Source of the DNA: a virus
Lineage: Duplodnaviria > Heunggongvirae > Uroviricota > Caudoviricetes
Virus record (IMG/VR): IMGVR_UViG_3300046692_000385
Direction: 5' to 3' (one strand)
Length of the DNA stretch: 51,577 nucleotides
Below the pieces are notes generated by a model. The model was not told the DNA's origin, ran no database searches, and worked only from the letters and a program-made list of their open reading frames with translations. The stretch's first letter is position 1, and the number at the start of each line of letters is the position of its first letter. Positions 43,985 to 51,495 of this stretch are shown one piece after another. The position numbers and the translations under genes were made by a program.

Positions 43985-44257
43985 ATGGCTGAAATGATCT
44001 ACCGCTACACATTCTTTGTGGACGTCGCGGAGGGGCAGGAGCCGCGCGAGGAAGAGGACGACATCCTCACCCAGATCACCCGCACCGGCCCAATCCCCTT
44101 GCATGAGGGCGACTTCGTGGAGCTTGGGCCCGACTCCAAGGACAACCAGCTTTACATGGTGCAGGCGGTGTTCGCGCGGCTGTTCGACGACATGGGCGAT
44201 GAGGTGGACTATTGGGTGTCGCTGCTGGAGATGAAGGACGAGGAGGAAGAGGCCTAG
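43985..44257 (+). CDS. Acidic hypothetical protein, lone rightward early gene
   Basis: RBS AGGAG before MAEMIY. Confidence 0.6.
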   Translation: MAEMIYRYTFFVDVAEGQEPREEEDDILTQITRTGPIPLHEGDFVELGPDSKDNQLYMVQAVFARLFDDMGDEVDYWVSLLEMKDEEEEA

Positions 44258-44364
44258 GCCTTTGGCTCAGGCAGTGGCGAGGATGTGGCGCGGGACTGGC
44301 GAGGGGTGTGGCATGGCCGCGCGCCGTGGCGCAACGCCATAGAGAAAAACGCCCGCACATGTGA

Positions 44365-44398
44365 AAACTTCCAACATGTGTCGGGCGCCGCTCCCGTT
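44365..44398 (+). repeat. 34-bp dispersed motif, copy 5
   Basis: AAACTTCCAACATGTGTCGGGCGCCGCTCCCGTT, abutting the stop at 44399. Confidence 0.8.
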
Positions 44399-44572
44399 TC
44401 AGAGAGGCGGAATGAGTTTCAGCATTGCAACCATCCGAGCGGCGATCTTAAGCGCCTCAGTGCGCGTCATCTCGGGGTAGTCCGCCTGGAGATCGTTAGC
44501 CATGCGCGCCTCTTCCTGAATGCGCTCGTCGCGCTCTCGATCGAGGCGATTGGAGAAGGCGTCCTGGCTCAT
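44399..44572 (-). CDS. Hypothetical protein (57 aa)
   Basis: MSQDAFSNRLDRERD; TGATG overlap with upstream gene. Confidence 0.55.
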   Translation of the reverse strand: MSQDAFSNRLDRERDERIQEEARMANDLQADYPEMTRTEALKIAARMVAMLKLIPPL

Positions 44573-45024
44573 CACCACGCTCCAATATCGTCGTCGATCA
44601 TGGTCGTGGGCCGGTTCGGATCGGGCGGCGCCTCCGGCACGAGGGTGTTGCCCTCCTCGACCAACTCCATCTCGCCGGTCGTGCCGTTCTCGACCACGTG
44701 GCTCTCGGTCCAGCGCGTGAGGAACTCGGTGTAGGTCTTGAGCGCCGTCGCTTCGTCGCCGAAGGTCTTGCCGTCCTCGATCGGGTCCGCACGCAGCACA
44801 CCGTCGCTGCCGTAGTTGCCGACGTTGAGCACGAACAACGGCCACATGTCCTGGAAGCTGTTGGCGGCGTCCTTCACCCGACCCGTCCATTCGAGCGTCA
44901 CGCGCACGGTGCCGTTGTCGTAAGCCTTCAGTTGCCGATACGACTCGTCGGCCTGCTTTTCTTTCCACGCCGCGAGGCTGATCTTCTCGCCCTCGCGGTC
45001 GTAATAACTGGTCACTGCCATCAT
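44572..45024 (-). CDS. Hypothetical protein (150 aa)
   Basis: RBS AAGGAG. Confidence 0.7.
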   Translation of the reverse strand: MMAVTSYYDREGEKISLAAWKEKQADESYRQLKAYDNGTVRVTLEWTGRVKDAANSFQDMWPLFVLNVGNYGSDGVLRADPIEDGKTFGDEATALKTYTEFLTRWTESHVVENGTTGEMELVEEGNTLVPEAPPDPNRPTTMIDDDIGAW

Positions 45025-45320
45025 TGCTCCTTTGCTTCGTAAGCGGCGAGTTTGGCTTGGAGCTCGCCGATGAGGTGGTAGGCCTTCACCCGCTCGGCCG
45101 GCAGGTCCGGTCGCTCGATCAGAATCCTGGCCCGCTCAACCTGGCCTGCGTGGTTGGCCTTCCAGTGAGTAGCTTCGGCCTTGAGGCGCTGGATCTCGGC
45201 CTCGAGGCGCTGGATCTCGTCAAGCGCCGTCGAGAGCAGCCGACGGTTCGTGCCATCGATGTAGTCGCGACCGACCCATCGGCTGATTGAGGCCTTAATG
45301 TCTTCGGACGTCACTGCCAT
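45021..45320 (-). CDS. Hypothetical coiled-coil protein (99 aa)
   Basis: Start reassigned to MAVTSED behind GAGGAG. Confidence 0.62.
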   Translation of the reverse strand: MAVTSEDIKASISRWVGRDYIDGTNRRLLSTALDEIQRLEAEIQRLKAEATHWKANHAGQVERARILIERPDLPAERVKAYHLIGELQAKLAAYEAKEQ

Positions 45321-45658
45321 TACTTTTTCTCCTCGAAGCCCGTCGGGTATCGCTCGACGAGCCATTGGTTGTATTCCTGGTGCTCCTTCCAGCCAAGCCA
45401 ACCTGGCCGGTAGCCCTTCTCCTCGCACCAGTCGCGCATCGTGTGGGCGTTCCAGGCGAGAAAGCCTGAGAGCGGCGCGGCCGGGTGCTTCTTGCGGTCC
45501 CGCGCGAGCATGTCGGCCGGCGTAGTCGCGCCGTGCGCGACGCAGTAGGCGACATAGCGCGGCTGGTGGTGGCGCCAGGGGTTTGCCTTGCCGCCCACCT
45601 GCACCTTTGGCTTGACCGAAGTTGCAGGCGTGGGCCGGTGCAGGTAGAGGTTCGTCAC
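45320..45658 (-). CDS. Hypothetical protein (112 aa)
   Basis: GTG start, GGAGG upstream. Confidence 0.62.
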   Translation of the reverse strand: MTNLYLHRPTPATSVKPKVQVGGKANPWRHHQPRYVAYCVAHGATTPADMLARDRKKHPAAPLSGFLAWNAHTMRDWCEEKGYRPGWLGWKEHQEYNQWLVERYPTGFEEKK

Positions 45659-45903
45659 GCCTGTGCCTCCTCCGGTCGGGTGCGCTCGATCACGGTCACG
45701 CGCAGGGTTTGGCGGTAGTAGCCAAGCGGCAGCTTCCCGATCAGGTCTTCCACCTGCTCGATGGGTGCGGTCTGGGCGGCCTCGAGGACCGGGTTCATGA
45801 TCGAGTCCATGCGCGCGTAGATCGACGGCTGCGCGGCCGCTTCAGCGGCAAGCGTTGACTCGGTGAGCGTGTGGATCTGGTCAAGCAGCGAGGGGCTGAG
45901 CAT
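45655..45903 (-). CDS. Hypothetical protein (82 aa)
   Basis: Coupled ORF, AAGGAG upstream. Confidence 0.62.
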   Translation of the reverse strand: MLSPSLLDQIHTLTESTLAAEAAAQPSIYARMDSIMNPVLEAAQTAPIEQVEDLIGKLPLGYYRQTLRVTVIERTRPEEAQA

Positions 45904-46123
45904 CGATGGTCTCCTTCATGCGTCGGATGGCCTCGTCAAACGAGGATGCTTCTGTCTTGTGCGGCCCAAGCGTCACCTCGAAGGTGCGGCCCTTGCACAC
46001 GTGTCTGATCTGGCGCTCCTCCACCGCGTCCGCATACCAGCGCCAGAGTTCGGCGTCGGCCTTGTTGGCGTTCGCGCGGGCGGTGAGGCGAATTGTGTCG
46101 AGGCAGGTGGCGTTCACCAGCAC
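45881..46123 (-). CDS. Hypothetical protein (80 aa)
   Basis: Coupled ORF. Confidence 0.55.
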   Translation of the reverse strand: MLVNATCLDTIRLTARANANKADAELWRWYADAVEERQIRHVCKGRTFEVTLGPHKTEASSFDEAIRRMKETIDAQPLAA

Positions 46124-46353
46124 ACCTCGACTGCGGCGACGTGGCGCTCGTCGACGAAAACGCTGCGCTGCGTGGCGTGGTGGAAGTCGCCGCTCTTTTT
46201 CTCCCAGAGCTCCATGAAGGCCACGCCGTCATCGAAGCGCATGACAGCGCCGTGCAGCTCCTCACCCGACGCGAGGCGGATATGCAGCGTGTAGCCGTTG
46301 CCGTGATGCTTTCTGTCGTCGGCGTGCGCGATGGCTTGTGCGAGTGCGCTCAT
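46114..46353 (-). CDS. Hypothetical protein (79 aa), Sm-like beta fold possible
   Basis: GGAGGAG RBS; IRLASGEELHGAV. Confidence 0.62.
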   Translation of the reverse strand: MSALAQAIAHADDRKHHGNGYTLHIRLASGEELHGAVMRFDDGVAFMELWEKKSGDFHHATQRSVFVDERHVAAVEVCW

Positions 46354-46378
46354 TTACTCCTCCGTTGTGTGTTGCGAT

Positions 46379-46395
46379 TAGTCAATTGTGACTGT
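46379..46395. promoter_or_regulatory. Operator
   Basis: TAGTCAATTGTGACTGT. Confidence 0.72.
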
Positions 46396-46421
46396 CGATC
46401 GCAGGGAACGTGTTGGGTGTT

Positions 46422-47048
46422 TCAGTGGCGGTTGCGCAGCCAGCGGGCTTGCACGATGGCGTCGCGGGTCTTCACGTCGGCAAGCGGGTCCGAGATCACC
46501 AGCGTATCGTCGGTGGGCCGCACCATCAGGTTCGCCGAGTGCAGGTCCAGCCCCCACCCCTCCTCGACGTTGCTCGCGAACTGATGCAGTTCGGCGAAGG
46601 CCTCCTGCACGGATTCGGGCAGTGACTCGTCCATCGAGAGCTCCTGGATGGCGAGCGTGAGCCCCTCTCGTTTTCTGTGGAATCGCAGGTGTGAGGTGGC
46701 GTGCGTGGTGGCCTGGCGGCAGACGCGGCGCGCCAGGGCGCGAAGCGGCCCGCTCTTTGGCAGTTTCTCCAGCTTCTCGCACTCGAAGAGGTAGAGCGGG
46801 TGTCCGTCCACCTCACCGATTTCGCCGTGATTGAACAAAACCTGGGTGAAGTGTCGGCTGGAGCAGCCGATTACCTGGTCGGTGCTGAGCATGTAGGCGT
46901 ATTGGTCGAGCGTGAGCTTGTGGACCGTGTTGCCGGTGTCGAACACGGCGGAGAACGAACCGCGCGCCAGAACCTTTTTACCGATGATCGCCTCGTGACA
47001 GCGGGCCGCTTTCACCCCTGCGTCGCTCAAATTGAGAGCCTTGAACAT
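46422..47048 (-). CDS. Protein kinase-like fold protein
   Basis: LARGSFSAVF Gly loop, VHKL, DLHSANLM catalytic loop, VISDP metal-binding motif; start MFKAL behind GGAGG. Confidence 0.75.
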   Translation of the reverse strand: MFKALNLSDAGVKAARCHEAIIGKKVLARGSFSAVFDTGNTVHKLTLDQYAYMLSTDQVIGCSSRHFTQVLFNHGEIGEVDGHPLYLFECEKLEKLPKSGPLRALARRVCRQATTHATSHLRFHRKREGLTLAIQELSMDESLPESVQEAFAELHQFASNVEEGWGLDLHSANLMVRPTDDTLVISDPLADVKTRDAIVQARWLRNRH

Positions 47049-47073
47049 TGCACCTCCAGAACGTCTGTTTTCG

Positions 47074-47131
47074 ATAGTCAATTATGACTAACTGAGCGTG
47101 GATAATACAGTCAGTGATGACTGTTTTACAA
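47074..47131 (-). promoter_or_regulatory. Promoter with two tandem operators
   Basis: TTGTAA-AACAGTCATCACTGACTG(18)-TATTAT; second operator 47076-47089. Confidence 0.8.
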
Positions 47132-47259
47132 GGGTAGTTTTGTTGCGTTTTAACGACCGTTTACGCGTGCCATTAGATTCGCGTGAGCACCGCTAGCGCT
47201 GAGACCTGTGGACCGAAGTGATAGCTTGGTAGCTTGATACCAAGATAGCTCGACAAACG

Positions 47260-47286
47260 AAAAAAGCAGCGCAAATGCGCTGCTTT
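47260..47286 (-). terminator. Intrinsic terminator closing the right-hand block
   Basis: AAAGCAGCGCA-TT-TGCGCTGCTTT-TTT. Confidence 0.85.
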
Positions 47287-47288
47287 GG

Positions 47289-47510
47289 TTAGTGGTTACT
47301 TGACTGCGGAAGGCACACCGCGTGAACGACAGGCTTGGTGCGATACTCGGGCACGCTCGCGAATATCTGCCGACGCGTGGTGTCGGCCGCCTCCGCACAA
47401 GCTCGAAAGTCTGCGAACGGCATGGTGGTCATGTTGGCAGCAGTTCCACTGCTTGTGCCTCCTGTGCCAATGAGGTAGACGATGGTGACGAGCAGGATGT
47501 AGCCGTTCAA
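47289..47510 (-). CDS. Small secreted or membrane protein
   Basis: TTG start behind AAGGAG; YILLVTIVYLIG; C...C pair. Confidence 0.58.
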   Translation of the reverse strand: MNGYILLVTIVYLIGTGGTSSGTAANMTTMPFADFRACAEAADTTRRQIFASVPEYRTKPVVHAVCLPQSSNH

Positions 47511-48622
47511 GTGCGCTCCTTCACTGCCTGCTCGATGGCGCGGCGCATACGCTCTGCAAGCGTGATTCCTTGCGGAGCATCCAACCAAGTTTCAAGCGCC
47601 CTCACGACATCCGCATCCGTCAGCGCACGCGGCTCGGCACGCTCATCAGGCGGCTCCTTGTCAGCGGCTAGGATTGCGCGGGCGAAGTTCACTGTGTTCA
47701 TGTTGAGTGGAAAGCCAAACTTCTCCGCGACCAGTATGATTGTCTTGTCCGTCAGCGCCGCATCCTTCCCGGCGTCCGCACGCTCATGACTCGCGCCTGC
47801 TGCGAAAGCGGCACACCAACCACGGTGCGCGATGCTTTTGTCAATGGGCCTGTCGGCTTGAATGCGCGCACGTTCCATATCCCACCACTTCTCGAACGAG
47901 TCGGAATTCACCCCCGCTGTGTCGGCGTCCGCACGCTCAGGCGTAGGGGCTGCGAGAAGCTCTTCGAATTCGTCCATCAATATGCTGCGCAATGCGTGAC
48001 GATTTCCGCCGTCCGGCCGCTCGTGGTATGTGTCAACCGCCGCCATAACGCGCTTCGCTCGCTCGACTGCATCCTTCGTGATATAGCCGCGTCCTTTGCG
48101 CTCGGCGTGCGACGTGATCAGACGAGATTCGCCTAGAGTCAATCCACACGAAATGCACGCGATTTCTGAGTCGTCTTCCTTCTCGATATTCACCGGCTGC
48201 ACCTCACGCGCGGCGGTGTAGAGCACGTTGCGATAATCGGCCTGCCAGTTGACCCAAACCGGCTCACTCACAATCTGCCAAAACCGACCTTCGCTGCTTA
48301 CCAGATAGATCGGCTGCGCCTCACGCGGTGCGCACTCGGCTTGACACTGTTGATGCCAAGCGCACTCAGCAGGGTCGTCGTCACATTTACCGCAGCCTTT
48401 CATTCCTTTAGGTTTCTCTTCAGCGTAGAGATTCCACCGATTCTCATCCAACACGGTTTGGAACGGTTCGCCTAATGCCTCTTGCTTTGGTGGCGGTGCG
48501 CACTCGGCTTGCGGGGCCTTCGTACCAAAGATCCTCGCGTATCCCTCGTCATACTCCTTCGAGGGACCTCGGGTTCTCAGGGTATCCATGGTGATGTCGT
48601 TCTTGGATGAACCGTTACTCAC
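47507..48622 (-). CDS. Mosaic hypothetical protein (371 aa)
   Basis: GTG start behind GAGGA; repeated QAECAP and ERAD segments. Confidence 0.6.
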   Translation of the reverse strand: MSNGSSKNDITMDTLRTRGPSKEYDEGYARIFGTKAPQAECAPPPKQEALGEPFQTVLDENRWNLYAEEKPKGMKGCGKCDDDPAECAWHQQCQAECAPREAQPIYLVSSEGRFWQIVSEPVWVNWQADYRNVLYTAAREVQPVNIEKEDDSEIACISCGLTLGESRLITSHAERKGRGYITKDAVERAKRVMAAVDTYHERPDGGNRHALRSILMDEFEELLAAPTPERADADTAGVNSDSFEKWWDMERARIQADRPIDKSIAHRGWCAAFAAGASHERADAGKDAALTDKTIILVAEKFGFPLNMNTVNFARAILAADKEPPDERAEPRALTDADVVRALETWLDAPQGITLAERMRRAIEQAVKERT

Positions 48623-48834
48623 ACTTCCTCCTGCACTGGGTTGCGAAGACTGGTAACCCACCAGCCCTCGGAGTTCTTTGCCATCCCTTTGGTCACCATC
48701 TCGGAGACCTTCAGGCACCTACGGGGATCATGAGGGACCCCATACTCACCCACGCGGTGCTTCTGGAAGGCTGCGGTACTGTTGAAGTACTCGTGGCACT
48801 GAGGGCATTGGTTGTGGTCGCCTCGGAGTTTCAC
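48619..48834 (-). CDS. Zinc-finger protein
   Basis: CPQC..F...AFQKHR...C. Confidence 0.65.
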   Translation of the reverse strand: MKLRGDHNQCPQCHEYFNSTAAFQKHRVGEYGVPHDPRRCLKVSEMVTKGMAKNSEGWWVTSLRNPVQEEV

Positions 48835-49007
48835 TGAAGGTTCCCTTGTTTGGTAGCTTCACGGTAGAGTCCGTGGGCGTAACTGTAGCCATCCCAGTTG
48901 TCGACACCAGCCATACGGAGGCACTCAAGGAACAGTGCGTTCTCTTTAAGTTCTTCCAGGGTCTCCACCTCAACCAGCAGGTGTGTCTTGATTTCGTTGT
49001 CTTTCAT
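48831..49007 (-). CDS. T7 gp1.7-like small protein (58 aa; not in track)
   Basis: FLECLRMAGVDNWDGYSYA, motif recalled from the T7 gp1.7 C-terminus. Confidence 0.62.
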   Translation of the reverse strand: MKDNEIKTHLLVEVETLEELKENALFLECLRMAGVDNWDGYSYAHGLYREATKQGNLQ

Positions 49008-49144
49008 TAGCAGCCTGCAAAGTTAGGGATGATGTTCCCTTGGTTATGGTGATCACACGCCATCTGCCAGTAGTCGACATAGGTAGGCGAGGGGACACAG
49101 AACCAGAAGGGAAGGGACCACCATAGGTAGGCGGTCTGGAACAT
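49007..49144 (-). CDS. Small hypothetical protein (45 aa)
   Basis: Fills gap with TAATG couplings at both ends. Confidence 0.45.
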   Translation of the reverse strand: MFQTAYLWWSLPFWFCVPSPTYVDYWQMACDHHNQGNIIPNFAGC

Positions 49145-49455
49145 TAGCGGTCGTCGCCGGACCCTGAGATAACCCCACGGGCACTACGACTCTGCAGCTT
49201 CTCAATGTTCCCCTCAGCGATGGAACCCAGGCTCAGACCAGCATCTGCAGCGATAGCCGCAACGAACCACAGGATGTCACCAAGTTCCTTCTTGATTACC
49301 TTGGGATCCAGCGGGTAATCGTCGCGGATACTCTTCGCGATGTAGCCACACACTTCGCCCACTTCAGCAGGGAGGCCCAAGAGGGCGTATTCCGTGGTTG
49401 CCGAAGGAAGGCGGAACGACATAGCGTCTTCCTGGTATAGATTGAATCCGTTCAT
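49144..49455 (-). CDS. MazG-like nucleotide pyrophosphohydrolase
   Basis: LGLPAEVGEV...KKELGDILWFV...NIEKLQSR..RGVISGSGDDR. Confidence 0.88.
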   Translation of the reverse strand: MNGFNLYQEDAMSFRLPSATTEYALLGLPAEVGEVCGYIAKSIRDDYPLDPKVIKKELGDILWFVAAIAADAGLSLGSIAEGNIEKLQSRSARGVISGSGDDR

Positions 49456-49548
49456 TTCATCTCTCTCTTTACAAAGTGTTTGTCTTTGGGATTGCAGCAC
49501 TGGGTCCCGAGGGGAATCACCCGGGAACACCACCAGCAGCGATAGGTC

Positions 49549-49995
49549 CTAGCCTTTGGATGAAGATTTGTATCGGTCATCGAGGTCAGGACGGTTCTTG
49601 ATCATCCAGCTTGCGAACATCAGGCAGCAGGACGCGTGATACAGATGGCCCTTGCCAGACTCAGGGTCCAGGTCCTCACCGTCATTGAAGGCTGCTTGGT
49701 GACGTGCTGCAGCATCCATCAGGCGGGACACAGAGATACCCTTGCGCCAGTTGTTGGCTGCGTACTTCTTCTCACCGAACGTAAGGACCTCAGCGACCCC
49801 GAGGAGCCACGAGGTATCCAAGAGGGACATACGGGCCTTGCCTTGGTCGTGCTTGGTTCCTTCGATGACAACCGGGTCCGCTTTGTACGGGAGGTTGTAG
49901 ATATCCTGGTAGGCCTTCAGGTCTTCGGGGTGAAGGACCGCAGGCATCGGGCCGTACGGGTGGCCCATGGCGGGGCTATTCATATGTGTTTCCAT
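49549..49995 (-). CDS. dATP/dGTP diphosphohydrolase domain protein (DUF5664-like)
   Basis: GTKHDQGK.RMSLL...FGEKKY..NNWRKG...RH...D.ESG..HL.H. Confidence 0.85.
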   Translation of the reverse strand: METHMNSPAMGHPYGPMPAVLHPEDLKAYQDIYNLPYKADPVVIEGTKHDQGKARMSLLDTSWLLGVAEVLTFGEKKYAANNWRKGISVSRLMDAAARHQAAFNDGEDLDPESGKGHLYHASCCLMFASWMIKNRPDLDDRYKSSSKG

Positions 49996-50405
49996 GTCTT
50001 TCGATTGATGACGTTGCTCACCTGCGCTTGGTGTACTCCATACTTCTTCGCTAGTGCTCGGGAGCCGTGTTCTTTGGAACGAGGGATGTACTCAGCACGC
50101 ATGGCTAACACAGCCGCCTCGGTCAACTTGGAGGCAGGGCGGTGCTCACCTACGGATGCGCGGCCCCGACTATCCCGGTCTGCATTGTTATCGGCAGCCG
50201 TTCCTAGCTCAAGGTGGAGAGGGTTCACGCACGCGGGGTTGTCACACTTGTGGCGGACCAACAAACCTTTGATGTCCTTGTGGGAAAGGTTGTTAGCGAT
50301 ACAGTAGGCAACTCGATTGGCGCGGCGGGTACGCCCTTCGTGGTACTTAAAGCCGTACCCATCCTTATCTAGTGTTCCTTCGTGAGTTATGCAGGGGGTG
50401 TCCAA
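49980..50405 (-). CDS. HNH endonuclease with C-terminal HTH
   Basis: DKDGYG, VRHKCDNPACVNPLHLELGT..DN. Confidence 0.9.
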   Translation of the reverse strand: MDTPCITHEGTLDKDGYGFKYHEGRTRRANRVAYCIANNLSHKDIKGLLVRHKCDNPACVNPLHLELGTAADNNADRDSRGRASVGEHRPASKLTEAAVLAMRAEYIPRSKEHGSRALAKKYGVHQAQVSNVINRKTWKHI

Positions 50406-51121
50406 AGGCGAACCTCTTGTTTCTCTTCGTCCCAGTTCTCGACACGAAGGATGTAAGCCATGCGGGCATTCATAATGGCGTCCTCTTCAGTGAGACCAGC
50501 CTTGAGGTACGCTTGGCGCACGGTTTCCCATTTGTACCCATTCTTTTCCAAGAGCTTCGTAGCGCCTACAGGGCCCATACCCGGACATCCTGCAAAGCCG
50601 TCAACCGAGTCGCCCATCAAGGCTTGCTTGAGGAACTGGCGGTTGCCATCTTCTTCGGTCGAGGTGACCCACTTACCGCTAAGGTCCGGAGACAGGTGCC
50701 ACATACGGCCTGCAATGGTCTTGAGGTCCTTGTCGAGAGTGACAATGACAGTCTTGCCCGGGAACTTGGTAGCCAAGATGCCAAGGCAGTCGTCAGCTTC
50801 AATCCCGGGTTTCTCGAAGGACGGATAGGTAGCCTGCGCCCACTCTTTAAGGGCACCGTAGCCCACAGGCTTGCGGGACTTACGGTTGCTCTTGTAGTTA
50901 GGGTTCAGGACCTTGCGGAAGTTGGTGCGGGAGGAGAAACACAGTTTGAAGTCTTCGTAGCCCGTGTCATCTTGGAACTTCTTCAGGTACTTCTTGAAGA
51001 GTTCCTTGGCTTCCCCCAGGTCCGTATAGACCGACCAAACGTCATCCTCCCACTCGATCTCCTGTTCGCATACCGTAGTCGCACGATACGCAGGGATGTC
51101 GGCGTCTATCAGGAGGAGCAT
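50387..51121 (-). CDS. 5'-3' exonuclease, T7 gp6-like
   Basis: LLIDAD, YKSNR, EADD, DKDL, GDSVDGFAGCPGMG. Confidence 0.9.
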   Translation of the reverse strand: MLLLIDADIPAYRATTVCEQEIEWEDDVWSVYTDLGEAKELFKKYLKKFQDDTGYEDFKLCFSSRTNFRKVLNPNYKSNRKSRKPVGYGALKEWAQATYPSFEKPGIEADDCLGILATKFPGKTVIVTLDKDLKTIAGRMWHLSPDLSGKWVTSTEEDGNRQFLKQALMGDSVDGFAGCPGMGPVGATKLLEKNGYKWETVRQAYLKAGLTEEDAIMNARMAYILRVENWDEEKQEVRLWTPPA

Positions 51122-51495
51122 TAGGCTTCCTCGATCTTCAGGACAGCCTTGTACGACCCATGGCTCACGATCTCGATGATCTCTACTTCGTCACCACCCA
51201 TAGCTACAGCACGCCAGCCAGCCAAGGCATCCTCGAAGGTTGCAAAAGGGGCCGTGGAAATCGCTGCGTCACTACGGCGGAAGAATCGGAATTCCTTGGG
51301 TACCGGGGTTGCCTCTACGTGCTTCACTCGGCAGGCGTAGCAGGTCACGCTTGCGCCGTTGTCCATATCAACGGAGACAAATTCATCATCTGCCCAGGCC
51401 ACCGTGCCTTGATCTCCACGCTTTGCGAGACTGCTCGAGTAGTTCTCAACGAACTCAACGCGATCCCCAACTTGAAACTCAGTGTTGTTGCTCAT
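51121..51495 (-). CDS. Hypothetical protein with N-terminal SH3-like domain
   Basis: Start reassigned to MSNNTEFQVGDRV behind AGGAG. Confidence 0.65.
   Translation of the reverse strand: MSNNTEFQVGDRVEFVENYSSSLAKRGDQGTVAWADDEFVSVDMDNGASVTCYACRVKHVEATPVPKEFRFFRRSDAAISTAPFATFEDALAGWRAVAMGGDEVEIIEIVSHGSYKAVLKIEEA

Noticed and set aside
45011-45320. Two adjacent genes both starting MAVTS (11-nt repeat)
   Set aside because: Similarity ends after four or five codons; likely chance
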